This document shows positions 1-12,049 of a stretch of 64,000 nucleotides of DNA, piece after piece. The notes below the pieces were generated by a model that made no database searches, was not told the origin of the DNA, and was given only the letters and a program-made list of their open reading frames with translations. The stretch comes from Camelus dromedarius (lineage: Eukaryota). The stretch covers positions 97,714,001 through 97,778,000 of the forward strand of contig NC_087472.1 of the NCBI RefSeq assembly GCF_036321535.1. The letters are read 5' to 3'. Within the stretch, counting starts at the first letter, position 1. Each line of letters opens with the position of its first letter. The position numbers and the translations under genes were made by a program.

Positions 1-1022
1 CATTGGCAGCAGAATATACCTTCTTTTCAATCTCAAATGAAACGTTCCTCCTTTCACACTGCTGTCCAGGTGAACACAACCATATCTTTTATCAGCTAAA
101 AATGCGTATTTTATTAAATGTCTGCATCTGTATTTTAATCATGGAGCACAATCCATAGTGTTTTGGTTTCTGCTATAGTTCTAAAATCAAAACAAGCTCT
201 CTAAAATAAGACTTCCTTAATTCCCCCCAAATTATAAGGTTAATTATAGTTTTAATGTCACTTCCTTCATTCCTTCAGTCAGCTATTAATGCTGTCTTTC
301 TTTATTCCTTCATTCAGCTATTCAAAAACTGCTTTTAGCATCTACTTTATGGCTTATATTTTGCACAGCCTTCAATTAATTCTCTCACTGCCATTTTATT
401 TTCCTTAGTCTGCCACCCAAGGAGAATAACTCCTGATAACCTCTAGGAAAGGGGAGAATCTTGTGCCTCATCCACTCCCATCTGTATATCTGATTTGTTT
501 TTCTATCCATACCAACTTATCTTTGCATAGCATATTAAGGTTATATGAATATATTTATTTTCTGCAGTGTGGCAGAACGTGGTGAAGTAAAAATGAATGT
601 AGGACAAAATCACTATTGCTGATTCTGAGAGGAAATATTAAAATACAATTTCCTGGGTGGCTTAAGTATCATAGTTCCTCAAAATAACAAATTTGGGGGG
701 AAAGTTATCAAAAAGACATAATCCATGCTCTTTAAATCTGTCACATCAGTGAAATGTTGTGAATATACATCTATGGTTCTTTCCCACATTTACAAAATGT
801 AATTGTAGGTAGATGGTTGCCCTGGGAACTCTAAACCCACTTTTCTGACAGTTGTCACCTTGTTCCCAACCCAAGTTACTCTTTTTAATATAGTCCCAGA
901 TTTCATTATCAGATATTTATTCTGAGGGGAAGTTAAATCAGAAAAATGTAAGGTTCTCCTATAGATTTTCTTATCCATGTATTTGAAGCCAGAAGATTCT
1001 GCTTTTCCATACAATTGGTCAT

Positions 1023-1025
<3 letters not shown>

Positions 1026-1073
<48 letters not shown>
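1026..1073. repeat. (AT)n microsatellite, about 24 units
   Basis: Perfect dinucleotide run visible in the sequence. Confidence 0.98.
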
Positions 1074-1076
<3 letters not shown>

Positions 1077-1755
1077 TGATTAGATTATCTGTGAAATTGA
1101 ATGTTAAACAGGGCTGATGTGACCTTGAATATTGCCCTTTTCCTTTCTTTCTTTTATTCCTTGTGATTTTTCCATATCTCACCCATCGAATTTTATTGTT
1201 CTAATTTCCCAGTATAGGATATGTGTCATAAAGGGTGAGTGAAATAGCTTTAGTGAAAAAAATAAAGGAAATGTCCAGAGTTAAAATAAGTGGAAGCATA
1301 AAGGGCACTAGCAACAAATAACCGCTTGCCATATTGAGACACTGTGGGAGATTCCCAGGATGCCCAGAGATGCTATGAAATTCACACTGCCTGACTTTAT
1401 ACCATTCTCTTAGGATTTACAGCAACTGCCAGAAGCCAACTGGGGTTTTTCTAGGCTATTCTCCACTTCCTCTTCCATATTCTTAATGTTCCCAAAAGTC
1501 ATTGGAAGGGGTTAATGAAAAAGGATGTAGAATATTTTTCCTTTTAAACCTAAAGTGAAATAGTCATGTTTGAGGGACTTTTTAGCTTCTATGTGAAAAT
1601 ACAAAGACCTAAGTAATCCCTAAGGGCCTTTTGTTCCAATGATTATACAAACATTTTTAATTAAAATGTTACAATAGAAAGAATGATAAATTTAGTGAAT
1701 GGAAGGTCATAAAATTGTTCAAGGCATGCAAATCAAAACAAACTAATGTACCAAC

Positions 1756-2234
1756 TATATTGGCAAGAGATGCTTTGGGCTGAAAGAGATGGAAATTTCA
1801 CCCAGGAAGATGTACAGAGGTGATAATGTTAGGTAGTGTTGGTGCAGCTGCCACCCAATGTCATTAAGGACCCAGATTCTTTCTCTTTTTGTGTTCCATC
1901 ATCTTGGGTTTGTTGGCCTTTGGTCTTCATGCTTTGACATCCTGATGGCAATGGAGTTTCTACAGTTTCATCGTGAAGTCCATGATCGATACAGGATGAA
2001 GGGAAATGGCTCTTACTGCCACATATGTCCCTTTTATCAGAAAAGCAAAATTTTCCTAGAAGGCCACAGGCATACAACCCCTCACTGCTTGAACACAGGT
2101 CATCTGGTCACTTCTAGCTTCATGAAGGTTGGTAAACTGATTCTGTGGTATTTTTATCCTTTACAGTGAGAAAAAAGAAAGAGATGGAGGCTTGGGATAG
2201 CTATTAGGCTAGACAACCAAGCATGTCTGCTACA
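1756..2234 (-). mobile_element. Old MaLR solo LTR (MLT1J/K-like)
   Basis: Contains 'aatgtcattaaggacccagattcttt' and 'tgtcccttttatcagaaaagc'; ends in 'tgtctgctaca', the reverse complement of the MLT1 start TGTAGCAGACA. Confidence 0.65.
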
Positions 2235-2994
2235 CAAACTAAGTTAATTGGGTTTTATGAATCCTTGTTTCATGTACCATTGTATGACTCTAGAAGATAA
2301 ATTCGTGAAAATTGGTATTGTGGGAGAAAACTTCCTGCAGTTCTTTGTTGTGATAAACTCTTCTTTCTGTATATAAATCCTTGGGTTGGTTAACAGTGAA
2401 ACAAGTTACCATGAATTAAAATGACTTATTTTACAAATGTCAGTCATTATACTAAAGATAAAAGTTAATTTAAATCCTGAGAAGAGATTTTGAGAAAATT
2501 ATTGGAGTTGGTCCTCTTTTAACTTAAAAATCAGCTGCATAAGCTCTTGACCAAAATTTTCAAGTTAAAAATAACACTAACATCATTGTTTGAAAATAAT
2601 ATGGTAAATAGAGATTTGAGAAATTAAATGGATGTCATTGGAATCTGTAATCATTAGATTTCTAATGAGGGTGCCTCGAACAAACAATTAATCAAGCTTC
2701 AGTGGTTTGGATGAATCATGCCCATTCTTTGACTTCGTTACTTACAGAGCATTTTCTTTTTTAATTGCAGACTGAATATTTTCAAATGATGTTACTAGTA
2801 ATTATTGATGAGTGAATTGCACAGGATTGTGAAATTTGGTTTCAGTTGAATAAGAAAAGTCAAACAATTGAGCAATTAAATTCATTCCAATCATCTGAGC
2901 TTCTAGAAAATTGGTTTGAAATGGCATTGAGGAATCTAATTGAATTTCTATATATTGTGTGCTAATATAACTATGGGCAATTAACTAATATTTG

Positions 2995-3190
2995 AAATTT
3001 GAGAAGAGTTTGAAGATTATCTCCAATCATCCAAGATGGTATGGTGGAAGTAAGTGAAGTTTAAATTAACTCCCTTACTTCCTCAGATAAAGAATTTTAG
3101 TTTAGAAGTGGTTAAATTACTTGATCAAAATAGTATGACTAGTTAGTTAAATCAAGAGCTAAAACCAAATTGGCTTAACGCTTGTGTCAA
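2995..3190 (-). mobile_element. MIR SINE fragment
   Basis: Degenerate MIR core 'cagataaagaa...agaagtggttaaattacttg...gactagttag'. Confidence 0.55.
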
Positions 3191-3719
3191 TCCTCTAGTT
3201 TTATATTTCTCTTGAAAAATAATGGTCACATCAGTATTTTACTTGCTGCCTCAGGATACTGATAGGAATAAAATTTATGTGAAAACCAAGATTTGTAAAT
3301 GATGTTAATGTATGAGAAATATGGGATTAAGGGGCTTTCATATACCTATTAATGTAGCCCAACAAAGAATCAGTAATCCATGTAGCTAGAAACAAACAAA
3401 ATCTTGGACTTAAAAGAAAAAAGATAAGGCATCTATCTTATCAAAATCAGATAACAGAAAAATGCATCTCCATTGTATTCCTTTTATATTGTGTTCTCCT
3501 AGAAATCAATTTGAGGGGAGGACAATGAAAATATTTGCTGCAGCCAGGTGATTGAGTTCTCCTCTGGGGAATTGTAAAGGTAGTCAGAGAAAGAAAGGAG
3601 GTTTTCTGTTAACCCTATCTGTATTCTCTTCTATTTGCTGGGGTCAAAGTTTCCTTGCAAGGCTAAAAACAGTTTGTCGTTTTTCCCAGTAAGAGTGTTT
3701 TCTGTGTAATTCAATATTG

Positions 3720-4370
3720 GATAATAATAATAATAGCAAGCATTTAGTGCGCTCTCTTTTTTTGGTATCATGAACTGCACCTTGTGCTTTGAAGGCTTTT
3801 TCTTAATTGATTTTCACAAAAACCCTATGAGATAGTGTAATATTCATTAGAACTAATCACAGATATTTCTTGTTCTTCTGGGCTGTGATAGGATTGCCCT
3901 TCTCTTCCCTCCTTGGAGTTAGGGATGATCGTAAATCTTGCTTTTAGCCAATGAAATGTAAGCGGAAGTGATGGGCGCCCTGTCTATGTGGAAGCTTTAA
4001 GAGCCAGTGTGCAATTCAACAGAGTCTTTCCTCTGCCATTACAGTTAACAATGTTCCAAAGAGTGGTACTCTCTTAACCTGTGTCTTAGAGTGAGAACCG
4101 CTGGGGCGCAGTTCCTAGCTGCCTTACAATGGAAATGTAAAGAGAGTGAAAGATAAAACTTTGTATTAAGCCATTAAGATTTTGAGGGTTGTTACTGCAG
4201 CATAGCCTGATCCATTCTGACTGATATAGGTAATAATTTTTACTACCTTCAATTTACAAAGGAGGAAAATAAGGGTAAGTTATTTATCCATGATGACACC
4301 ACAACTTAAATAGAACTTAACTCGATTCAACCAAGCAATCTGACTCCATTGCTCATATCCTTAGCACCAT
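3720..4370 (-). mobile_element. MIR SINE split by an MLT1 LTR (MIR parts about 3720-3835 and 4230-4370)
   Basis: 'aataataatagcaagcattt...cacaaaaaccctatgagatag' resumes after the LTR as 'caatttacaaaggaggaaaataagg...tctgactcca'. Confidence 0.6.
3836..4228 (+). mobile_element. MaLR solo LTR (MLT1I/J-like)
   Basis: Hallmark 'gccaatgaaatgtaagcggaagtga...tttaagagccagtgtgc' and 3' end 'ttgttactgcagcatagcct...ctgactgatata'. Confidence 0.8.
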
Positions 4371-4632
4371 TTTATATAGCTGTGGTAGTATACTTATTAT
4401 AAAGAGGGAATGTCCACTAACATGATGTGGAGCCCTGTATTTAATTTCTAAGCATAGACAGGGGATTATTACTTTTAGTTCACTTAACTTTGACATATTT
4501 TTAGTATTTACAAATCATTTACACATGCATAATTAATCCAATAGGATATACCTGAATATTGTTGTCCTCAGGGAAAAAACAGTATGAAGAGGTCATCAAA
4601 GCATATATCCAGGGATCCTTTGCAAACATCCC

Positions 4633-5009
4633 TGTGTTAGTCAGTTTGGGCTGCCATAGCAAAATACCACAGATTGTGTGAGTAAACAACAGAAATTTGT
4701 TTTCTCATGACTCTGGAATCTGGGAAGTCCAAGATCAAGGTGCCAGCCCATTTGGTTCCTGGTGAGGACTCTTTTCCTAGCTTGTACACAGCTGCCATCT
4801 CATTGTGTCCTCAAATAGCAAAGAAAGACAGTGTGTGTCTCTTCCTCTTCTTATAGTAACACTTGACCTATCAGGTTAGGACCCCACCCTTATGACCTCA
4901 TTTAGCCTTTATCACCTCCTCAAAAGCCCTGTCTCCAGGTATAGACACATCGGAGGTTAGGGCTTCAGCATATGAATTTTGGATAGACACAAACATTTGG
5001 TCTGTAACA
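4633..5009 (-). mobile_element. MaLR solo LTR (MLT1A-like), 377 bp
   Basis: TG...CA termini; perfect 5-bp TSD ATCCC at 4628-4632 and 5010-5014; typical 'gggaagtccaagatcaaggtgccagc' and 'ggaggttagggcttcagcatatgaattt'. Confidence 0.9.
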
Positions 5010-5136
5010 ATCCCCTAGGAGCCCTGAACAATTTAAGAAAGCTTTACTAATAAAGACTCACTTCCATTTATTTCCAAGTGTTTTCTGTCTCTATATATGG
5101 GACTAAAAAGAAAGTCCAATGAAAAGTGTATCATCC

Positions 5137-5430
5137 TTTCATTTATTCACTTATTTAACACCTATTTATTGAGCGTCTATTATATGCCATATTATTCTAG
5201 GCACTGAGGTACAGCACTGAACAAAGCAAATTTCTTTGCTTCGTGAAATTTATGTTTTAATAGGTATATATCATATGTCACATTATGCCAGAGTAATATA
5301 TTACATTAATAAAAAATAAAGCAGATTAAAAGTATAGAGAATGATAGAAGCCAGAAAAAAAGTACTATTGCTGCTTTTCAATGGTAGTCAAATAAATTCT
5401 CTCAAATGAGGTGACTTTTATGCAAAGACC
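5137..5430 (-). mobile_element. L2 LINE 3' fragment
   Basis: 'ttcatttattcac...tatttattgagcgtctattatatgcca...ctaggcactg' is the reverse-complement L2 tail. Confidence 0.7.
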
Positions 5431-5535
5431 TAACAGTTATAGCTTTAACAGCTTCAAATATTGAAACTGAAAATATAATGAGAAAGCTATTCTCGGATTC
5501 CTTCACTTTACAGAAGGATAAACTGGGATCTAAAA

Positions 5536-5756
5536 TAGGGGTTGGCAAACATTTTTCTCAAGAGCCCAGTTATAAATATTTTTTATTTTGCATGCTAGAC
5601 AGTCTCTGTCATAACAACTCAACTATACTGTTGTAGCACAAAACAGCCATAAATAATAAATAAACAAAGAATATGGATGTGTTCTAATAAAACTTTATTT
5701 ACAAAAACAGGCAAGGGGTAAGATTTGTCCCTCAGGCTATAGTTTGCCTATCCCTA
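5536..5756 (+). mobile_element. MER58A-like hAT-Charlie non-autonomous DNA transposon
   Basis: TIRs 'taggggttggcaaac'/'gtttgcctatcccta'; 8-bp TSD atctaaaa (5528-5535) / atctataa (5757-5764); internal 'ctaataaaactttatttacaaaaacagg'. Confidence 0.85.
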
Positions 5757-6644
5757 ATCTATAACAATGAAATGACTTTCCCAGGTCACACGTTTCGTGG
5801 TTGATGACAGCAGAGAGGACAAATATGTTTCTTCTGTCACTGAAAACAACAAAGACATCTTTAGAGCAGGTTGTCACAAAGGCAGAGTTAAATAAATAAT
5901 AATATGTCATGGGTGAAAAAAAATTATCCATTTAACTTCTGGCACCTGCATTTATTTTAGGGAGGGAACTGTCTTTGTTTAGGAAAACATATTGGTAAGC
6001 TACTTGTGAGAGAAGGTGACACCCTGAGGGCTGAGTTTAGCAGGAGGCAATGAAATAAAAAGGATGACTCAGTGGCTCTGCACTAGAAAGGAACCAAAAT
6101 TAGAAGAAAAGGGAAGGTAGAGAAAAGGAAAGAGGGAAAAGCCAATCGACAGAACATAGTGGTAGAAGAAGGCATTTGAAGAAAAATATGTTTGATCAAT
6201 TTTTAATCAGCTGCATTGTGGCAATGCAAACCGTCTATTGTCCTCAAAAATTAAGAATACTCTAATGCACAATTCAAAGGCCTTTTATGAATGGGCTTTT
6301 GAAGATGCCTGTGTGGGAGTAGGAGGAAGAAAGTTAGGAAGCTGAGTTTTGTCTGGGCCAATTCTTTTTGTGTGTGTGGCATTTAATTAAATCCCAACCT
6401 TCGATAGCTCAACCGTCTGTTTTCTCTATTCCTGTAGTTAAACACCACCAGGGAAGGTCCCGTTCCAGGGCATATTGGTCCAGTAATAAGTTTAAAACTT
6501 CCAACCTCAGAAGGGCCCTCGACAGTGCCCACACACTCTTTGCAACAGCTATTTCAAACGTTATCCACTCTATTCAAAGCATCAAGCTTTCCCCTCCTCC
6601 TCTCCACTTACATGATAGCCTGGCATTTTAGATAAAAAGAGAAA

Positions 6645-8224
6645 GCATCAGATGGTAACTCCCTTACCTTCCCACCCCACCTAACGTACTAATCACGGCA
6701 CCTCTAACTTTGGAGTAGCCTCCTTCCCTTCTGTGAAAAGAGAGGGAGGGCTGCCTCTCCTCCTGCATAAGGTGAGACTTCTGCCTCGCGGACTGAACAC
6801 TGTCAGCCCTTGTCACTCGCATACTGCAACGTCTTCATGAAACTGAATCCTTCACGTCGGTGCTTTACACTTACTTACGTGCCTCTGCTCTACATGCCAC
6901 TGCCTTCTCCTGCCCGCTTTTCCTTCTCTCCTTCACCGCTTAGCTTCTTGAAAGAGTAGTTGGCGAAACTGTCCTCATTTCCTTATTCCCCCCCCCCCCC
7001 CCCACTTCTCAATCAACTTTTCCCAGTACTATAATCTCACTAAATGCAAGGAGAAATTTACATTTTTACCTTGTTCAAGATTTCCACAGAGCTTGACATT
7101 GTTGACCACTCCCTTCTTGAAAAACTAATCCTTTGGCTTATAAGTCATTACCCTCCCTTTTTCCCTCTCTGCTCTAACTTCTCACTAACTGCCTTATGTG
7201 CAGTTTCATGCTCTTCCGCTTCCTAGACACCCAGTGTTGAAGTTCCTCAAAGCTAAAACTGAGGTTCTCTTTTCTTTCTGCTCTCTGTTCTGCTATTAAG
7301 TGATCTTATTCTCATGCAAGGTTTCAGTTAGCACCCATAATCTGGTGACTCCATTTTATTTCTACAAATGAAACTCTCCTTGGAACTCTAGACCATAATT
7401 GCTAACAACTATTTGACATTTCTTTATAGATGCTTCAAACCCATGTCAAAAATCAAATTTATGATCTCCCTACTTAGTCCTCTTACTGAAGAGTGAATGG
7501 CATCACCATCCAACTGCTTATAAAAGACAGAAACTTAGTAATGCGTGACTCTTCCTTCAATTTCCCTCATATCCAGTTAATCACAAAGCTGTCAATTCTA
7601 CCTCCTAAATATATGTAAAATGTCTCATGTCTTTCCACATCTCCTGCCACCACTCTTGCCTAAGTAAGCTATCTCCAACTCTCAAATGGGCTAATGCAAT
7701 AGCCTACTTTAACACTTGGCCTCTCCACTCACTCCTACTCCAAACTGCGGTAACCAAGGTACTGGTTTGAAATGCAGACGTGGTTAGATCATACCTCCAT
7801 TACATCAGTGGCTTGTCATTGTTGTTTGAACAATGACTGCAATCCATAACATAGCCTACCATTTCTTACATGTCATTGCTATTTCTTCCAATGTCATTTC
7901 ACACCACAATCCATCCTAATTTGTGTACTTCAGCCATGATGACCTTCCTTTATGATTTCCTTTCCACCATAGGGCCTTTCCATTAAGAACTCTCCATTTG
8001 CATCAGATGGTAACTCCCTTATATTCCCACCCCACCTAGCATACTAATCAAGGAACCTCTAACTTTGGGGTATCAACTTTTCCTTCCGTGAAAAGAGGAG
8101 GCTGCCTCTCCTCATATATAAGGTAAATCCTTCCACCTCATGAACTGTACATTTTCTATTATCCTTTAACACTCCTATATTCTAGACTCTCTCAGGGAAC
8201 TGAATCCTTTACATTAGGGCTTAA
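6645..8224 (+). repeat. Dispersed direct duplication of about 220 bp (6645-6867 and 8000-8224)
   Basis: Both copies start 'gcatcagatggtaactccctta' and align through 'aactgaatcctt'. Confidence 0.9.
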
Positions 8225-8310
8225 GTCATTACTATTAAATGAAACATGGAGTTTTTTTTACCCTCTCCTTTAGCTTAGTTAACTCCTATAATTGTTTTGG
8301 ATCACATTTT

Positions 8311-8668
8311 TTTAATTCTTAAATATATATTTTTATTGAAGTATAGTCAGTTTACAATGTTGTGTCAATTTCTGGTGTACAGCATAATGCTTCAGTCATG
8401 AATGAACATACATATGTTCGTTTTCATATTTGTTTCCACTGTAGGTTACTACAAGATATTGAATATAATTCCCTGTGCTATACAGTATGAACTTGTTGTA
8501 TATCGGATTTTGTGAGAATCCTGCTGTGTTTTGAAGTGAGAGACACTCTACTGGAGTTTGGTAAGTGTTCTGTGTGATTCAGTGGGTTTGTAGATGTAAT
8601 TCTTGTTGTATTTGTGGGAGAGAGCGAGCTGTGAGCCTCTCTACTCCGCCATGTTGGCACTTCCTCCC
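8311..8668 (-). mobile_element. 358-bp bipartite mini-L1: L1 5' end (about 8505-8668) fused to a young L1 3' end (about 8311-8504)
   Basis: Perfect 14-bp TSD ttggatcacatttt (8297-8310, 8669-8682) at a TT/AAAA site; minus strand starts GGGAGGAAGTGCCAACATGGCG (YY1-like L1 start); 3' part matches the L1 tails at 20400-20580 and 59390-59560. Confidence 0.85.
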
Positions 8669-11149
8669 TTGGATCACATTTTAATGGCTTCTTTTTTTTC
8701 TTTCAGGAGACTAGATAAAATACATGATTTTGTAAACATTCTCTTCTCCATCATAGCACTTATCCATTGTAATGCCCTAGTCACTTATATGATTATTTAA
8801 CAGATGTTTTCTCTCAAGGTAGCCTAATGTTTTCCCTAAAACCAGCCCAGTGCCTCAGATATAACATGGCCTAACAAATAATGGGCCCTCAGTAAATATT
8901 TGGTAAATGAATCAGTGATGCTCTGCAGAGCATACTGGATAGTAAAACACTATACAGTGCATTGCTTCAAAATAGATAGGAGAGTAAACTCAGAGGTGAT
9001 CATGAGTATGACCTCTCTGAGACTATGCGGACATTTAGAAAATGGAATTGAACTTTCTACAAGCCATGAAATTGAGAGGTAAACAGACTTCTCTAGGCTA
9101 TGGCTGACATCTGGATTGCAGTTAATTTCTCCAGCATGTGAAATGTGTAGTTTAAATTAGGAATCAAGAAGTGCTGACCCCATTTTTAACTTGGTAATGT
9201 TACATGGGACCACTATTGGGGAACAAAGTGAGATTTGGCCTGATCTCCACAGTTGTAAAACAAGGACTTCTGCCAAATGACTCAACAATTTTGTGAATTT
9301 TTAATAGCGTTCACCCCATTCTGATATTGGATAAGGGTGGCTTCAGTAAGATTTTTGAAGTTTATCTCATAAAAAAATAAAGAGTTAATTAGTATGTATC
9401 ATCAAGTAAGTCCCAAATCCAGTTTTCACTGGTGTTATCTCACAGAGGGACGTCACACCTGCTACATTAAGAGCCAGCCGTGCTGAGCGTAGCCTACTTA
9501 AACAGGTCTTAATACCCTTTTTTGGCTGGGAAACATTATTGCACTCATGGAACATGTCATATTTTGCATATTTTATGCCTTGGGTTTTATAAGCATTAGA
9601 TAAAACTATGATTCACAGGTATTAATCCAAGTCCCTCAGCAGTTCTCTGGCAGGCACCCATTGCTCCATGACTTAGTTCCCCCAATTAATCATCTTCTTT
9701 TTTGACTCAAATTGCTCACAGCTGTGATCGAACATTGGCACCGCTCCTAAGAAGGAGGGGCATACAAGAGCTGTTATTGGGCAAATAATAGAAGCTGTCA
9801 CACAACCTGTGTTTAGTTACAAAAAGTTTGCAAACTTAGAAAATGCTGGCTGTTGGGCAAGTGAAAGAGCCTCATTGGAAAGGGAGCCCCATTATTTAGA
9901 TTTGTATAGCATTCTTGCCCAAGCCTGTGGTGTTGGAAATCATACCACTTGAGCTGTAAATCATTTTTAGAAGGTGTGTAAATACCTCATGAATGACTCT
10001 TTGAGGGAAAATTCTAAGAAAAAACGGAAGGGATTTGACAAATGGAAAAAAATTATTATAATTAATGTACCAAAGACCTTTGAAACAATGTAGGTGTATT
10101 TGTCTATCTTGTTTTTTGATAATTAATCTTTAGAAACTAAGGTAAAAGTTGTCCTCCCTCTTTCTGCTAACTTTATTTTCTCTGTATGAAGGAAAATACC
10201 AAGTAGAATAATCTGTCAACATACCAGATTCAAGAAAACTTAGAGCTATTCCTAAATTGCATTTTATTTTAAAGTTGATAATGTAAGAAGTTTACAAACA
10301 TTTTAGATCTCTTTTTGCACCTCAGATTGACTTATTTCCCTTGTTCATGTAGCTAGTAGTGGCAAATCTAAGGTTTAAGCTCAAGTCAATGGACTTTAAA
10401 GCTCAAGCTTTTAATCAGCCTCTCAGTCATCCTCTTATTTTGTTTTATATATTTACAGGGCTTAAATATTATTTCAACAAAAAGAAAACAGAATTCATCA
10501 GAAAGGGTACAAATATTGATGAGAATAAGATGTCTCCTCATGCTACAAAAGGCCAGATACTTATGAAGTTATTCACTTACTAAAGGAGAACTTCATACAA
10601 CTCCAGAGTGATTTTTCAGAGCTTTAAATTTCATAATTGTTATTTTACATCAGACACCCATTAGTTTTCCCATTAATGTATCCAGTAAGAGGATACAAGT
10701 CCTGTATTTGCAAGGGTGTGGAGAAGCTGGCATTCTCACCCAGATCTGGAGAGTGTTCCAATATTCTTGATAGACATTTAAAAATTAAGCTAATGCTGTC
10801 TTACTATGTACACAATTGGCTTTTTTCATTCAGAAATATTTTGTAGAATCCATTGTGCAAATTCTTGAGTCCAATATAATCCCCCAGATTACGTCAGTTT
10901 TATAATTGTTCAGAGCTTGGTGGTTAATACACACCAGCATATTTTGGTTTCTTTTTCACTCAGAGAAGCTTCCACATTGACTAAGGCTGGTGCTGGTGCA
11001 GGAGTCTACTCAGAGCAGAGTGGTTTTATTTGTGTCACTGGAAAAACTGACTTGGGAAATTTTCAGTGGATTTCTGAACTTATTCCCCCAAGAGCTAGAA
11101 ACTTAAATACAGGGGCTAATGTTATTCAGTCTGTCTTAAGGTACTGATC

Positions 11150-11900
11150 CAGATCACATGCTCTTTTTGGAGTTCGTTTTCTGAACTATAGGGCAGGGGG
11201 CCGCTAAATACCCAGAAAAAAAATCTCTAGCAAAAAAATAATAAGAAAAATGGATATAATGTATATTTTTTAATATTTATTAATGTATGAATGAGTCAGC
11301 AAGGAAGTAAGGGAGATCCTCAGAGGTCAAAAATAAAATAAAATAATGACTCTAGAGATGTAAGCAAGCTCTCAAACCAGTGCTTGCCCCAGAACTTCAG
11401 CCATATGGGCAGCAGGAGGTTAAGCTGAGGGTCCATGAAACGTGTGGAATCAGATTGGATGTTGTTGAATGTATCTAGGGCCCCCAGGGTTATACCCTCA
11501 GCAAAAAGATTCCTAAATTATGCCTCACAAAAGGAGACAGTGAGGAAGCCTTCCTATCTCTAAATCTTGGGTCTGGATAGAGGGGGGGAAATAAATACCC
11601 TGAGCTGTGTTTGGGGCCCTAGTTTATATTTTCTTAGTTGTCCAAAAATTCTTAAGCCAAGGAATAATATTAATGTTGTCTTGGGTGATAATGCTTACAG
11701 GTGCCTGGCAGAAAATAATAAATAAGAATCCTTCTCAGAAGGACACTACTTCTACTCAGTTCTCAAAGTATTCCCATAGAAAAAGTTCATACAGATAACG
11801 AGCTTACAAAAAGACATCACAAAACCCAAAAGAAAATAAGACATCATGAAGAAAAGTCAGGAGAAATAACCAACAGCAGGGACCCAAAAGCAGAAGTACA
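11150..11900 (+). mobile_element. Possible very old L1M/L1ME 5' region fragment
   Basis: Resembles ancient L1 5'UTR/ORF1-start sequence ('gagtcagcaaggaagtaagggagatcctcagagg', A-rich 'catcacaaaacccaaaagaaaataagacatcatga'); weak. Confidence 0.4.
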
Positions 11901-12049
11901 TGGAAATACACAAACGCTTTCTCAAGTTTACTGCTGTCCCATTAATTAAACAAGTGACACAGCCCAGCCTGGAGTCATTGTGGATAGGTACTCCCGAAAG
12001 TGCTCAATTCCATCAGTAATCGAGGGAAGAGACATTACCAACAGCATAA

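Larger units (their letters stand above)
6500..8910 (+). mobile_element. Fragmented L2 LINE (ORF2 3' part and tail), interrupted by a mini-L1
   Basis: 'ttgacattgttgaccactcccttcttgaaaa', 'gaatggcatcaccatccaac' and terminal 'cagtaaatatttggtaaatgaat'. Confidence 0.7.
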
